From Vicugna vicugna (lineage: Eukaryota): 64,000 bases of DNA. Positions 63,857 to 64,000 of this stretch are shown in pieces. Location: positions 8,739,490 through 8,803,489 of the forward strand of contig MU058844.1 in assembly GCA_013265495.1 (NCBI GenBank). The letters are read 5' to 3'. The translations under genes were made by a program, and so were the position numbers. The notes below the pieces were generated by a model. That model worked only from the letters and a program-made list of their open reading frames with translations, was not told the DNA's origin and did not search any database. The stretch's first letter is position 1. The number at the start of each line of letters is the position of its first letter.

Positions 63857-64000
63857 TGAATATTCTCTAAAAATATTTTACATAACATTTCTCTCCAATT
63901 TCTATAGAATATTTTGAATATAGAGTTAAATAAGCAAATGTGTTAAATATGTTCTTTTGGAAGGGGAAGTTCAGATACCAGATATGATCATATCACAGTT
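63857..64000 (-). pseudogene. Fossil exon, linker start (truncated by window end)
   Basis: Donor gtaagt; KEHI*HICLFNSIFKIFYRNWREML ~ KEYIPxxxxLxNPxxRxRHWxxI. Confidence 0.6.

Larger units (their letters stand above)
1..64000 (-). pseudogene. Decayed multi-exon dynein heavy chain-like gene (linker to AAA6/C-terminal region), running off both window ends
   Basis: About 35 minus-strand segments, most with polypyrimidine+AG acceptors and GT donors, mostly phase-compatible. Translations resemble dynein heavy chain motifs in collinear order (e.g. SVLAKQCIIFN ~ ALAKQCVVFN; RKLALYNGDV ~ RKWVVFDGPID; LEKxxWALALQ ~ LEEERNALILQ; GGIYTN ~ GGRVTD). Many stops and frameshifts. By-eye comparison only. Confidence 0.85.

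Noticed and set aside
1..64000. Prokaryotic-type systems (CRISPR arrays, operons, rRNA)
   Set aside because: Sequence is mammalian; no regularly spaced repeats or dense coding seen.

Overview
AT-rich mammalian genomic DNA, most likely from a camelid (two Vic-1-like tRNA-derived SINEs plus cetartiodactyl-type L1 and LTR relics). Roughly half is transposon debris (L1, L2, MIR, MaLR/ERV-L LTRs, an ERV-L integrase/dUTPase fragment, a near full-length Tigger1, hAT relics). None of the supplied ORFs is an intact gene. Reading the minus strand between the repeats reveals about 35 decayed, mostly AG/GT-bounded exons with largely compatible phases. Their translations follow, in correct order from 64000 down to 1, the domains of a dynein heavy chain: linker, AAA1, AAA2, AAA3, AAA4, AAA5, buttress, AAA6 and the C-terminal region. 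The exons carry many stops, frameshifts, some dead splice sites and one SINE insertion. No intact Walker A motif and no stalk/microtubule-binding exons are visible. Best reading: a highly divergent, intron-containing dynein-heavy-chain-like fossil gene extending beyond both window ends. The dynein assignments are by-eye comparisons with remembered motifs and need HMM/phylogenetic confirmation; some exon borders are approximate.
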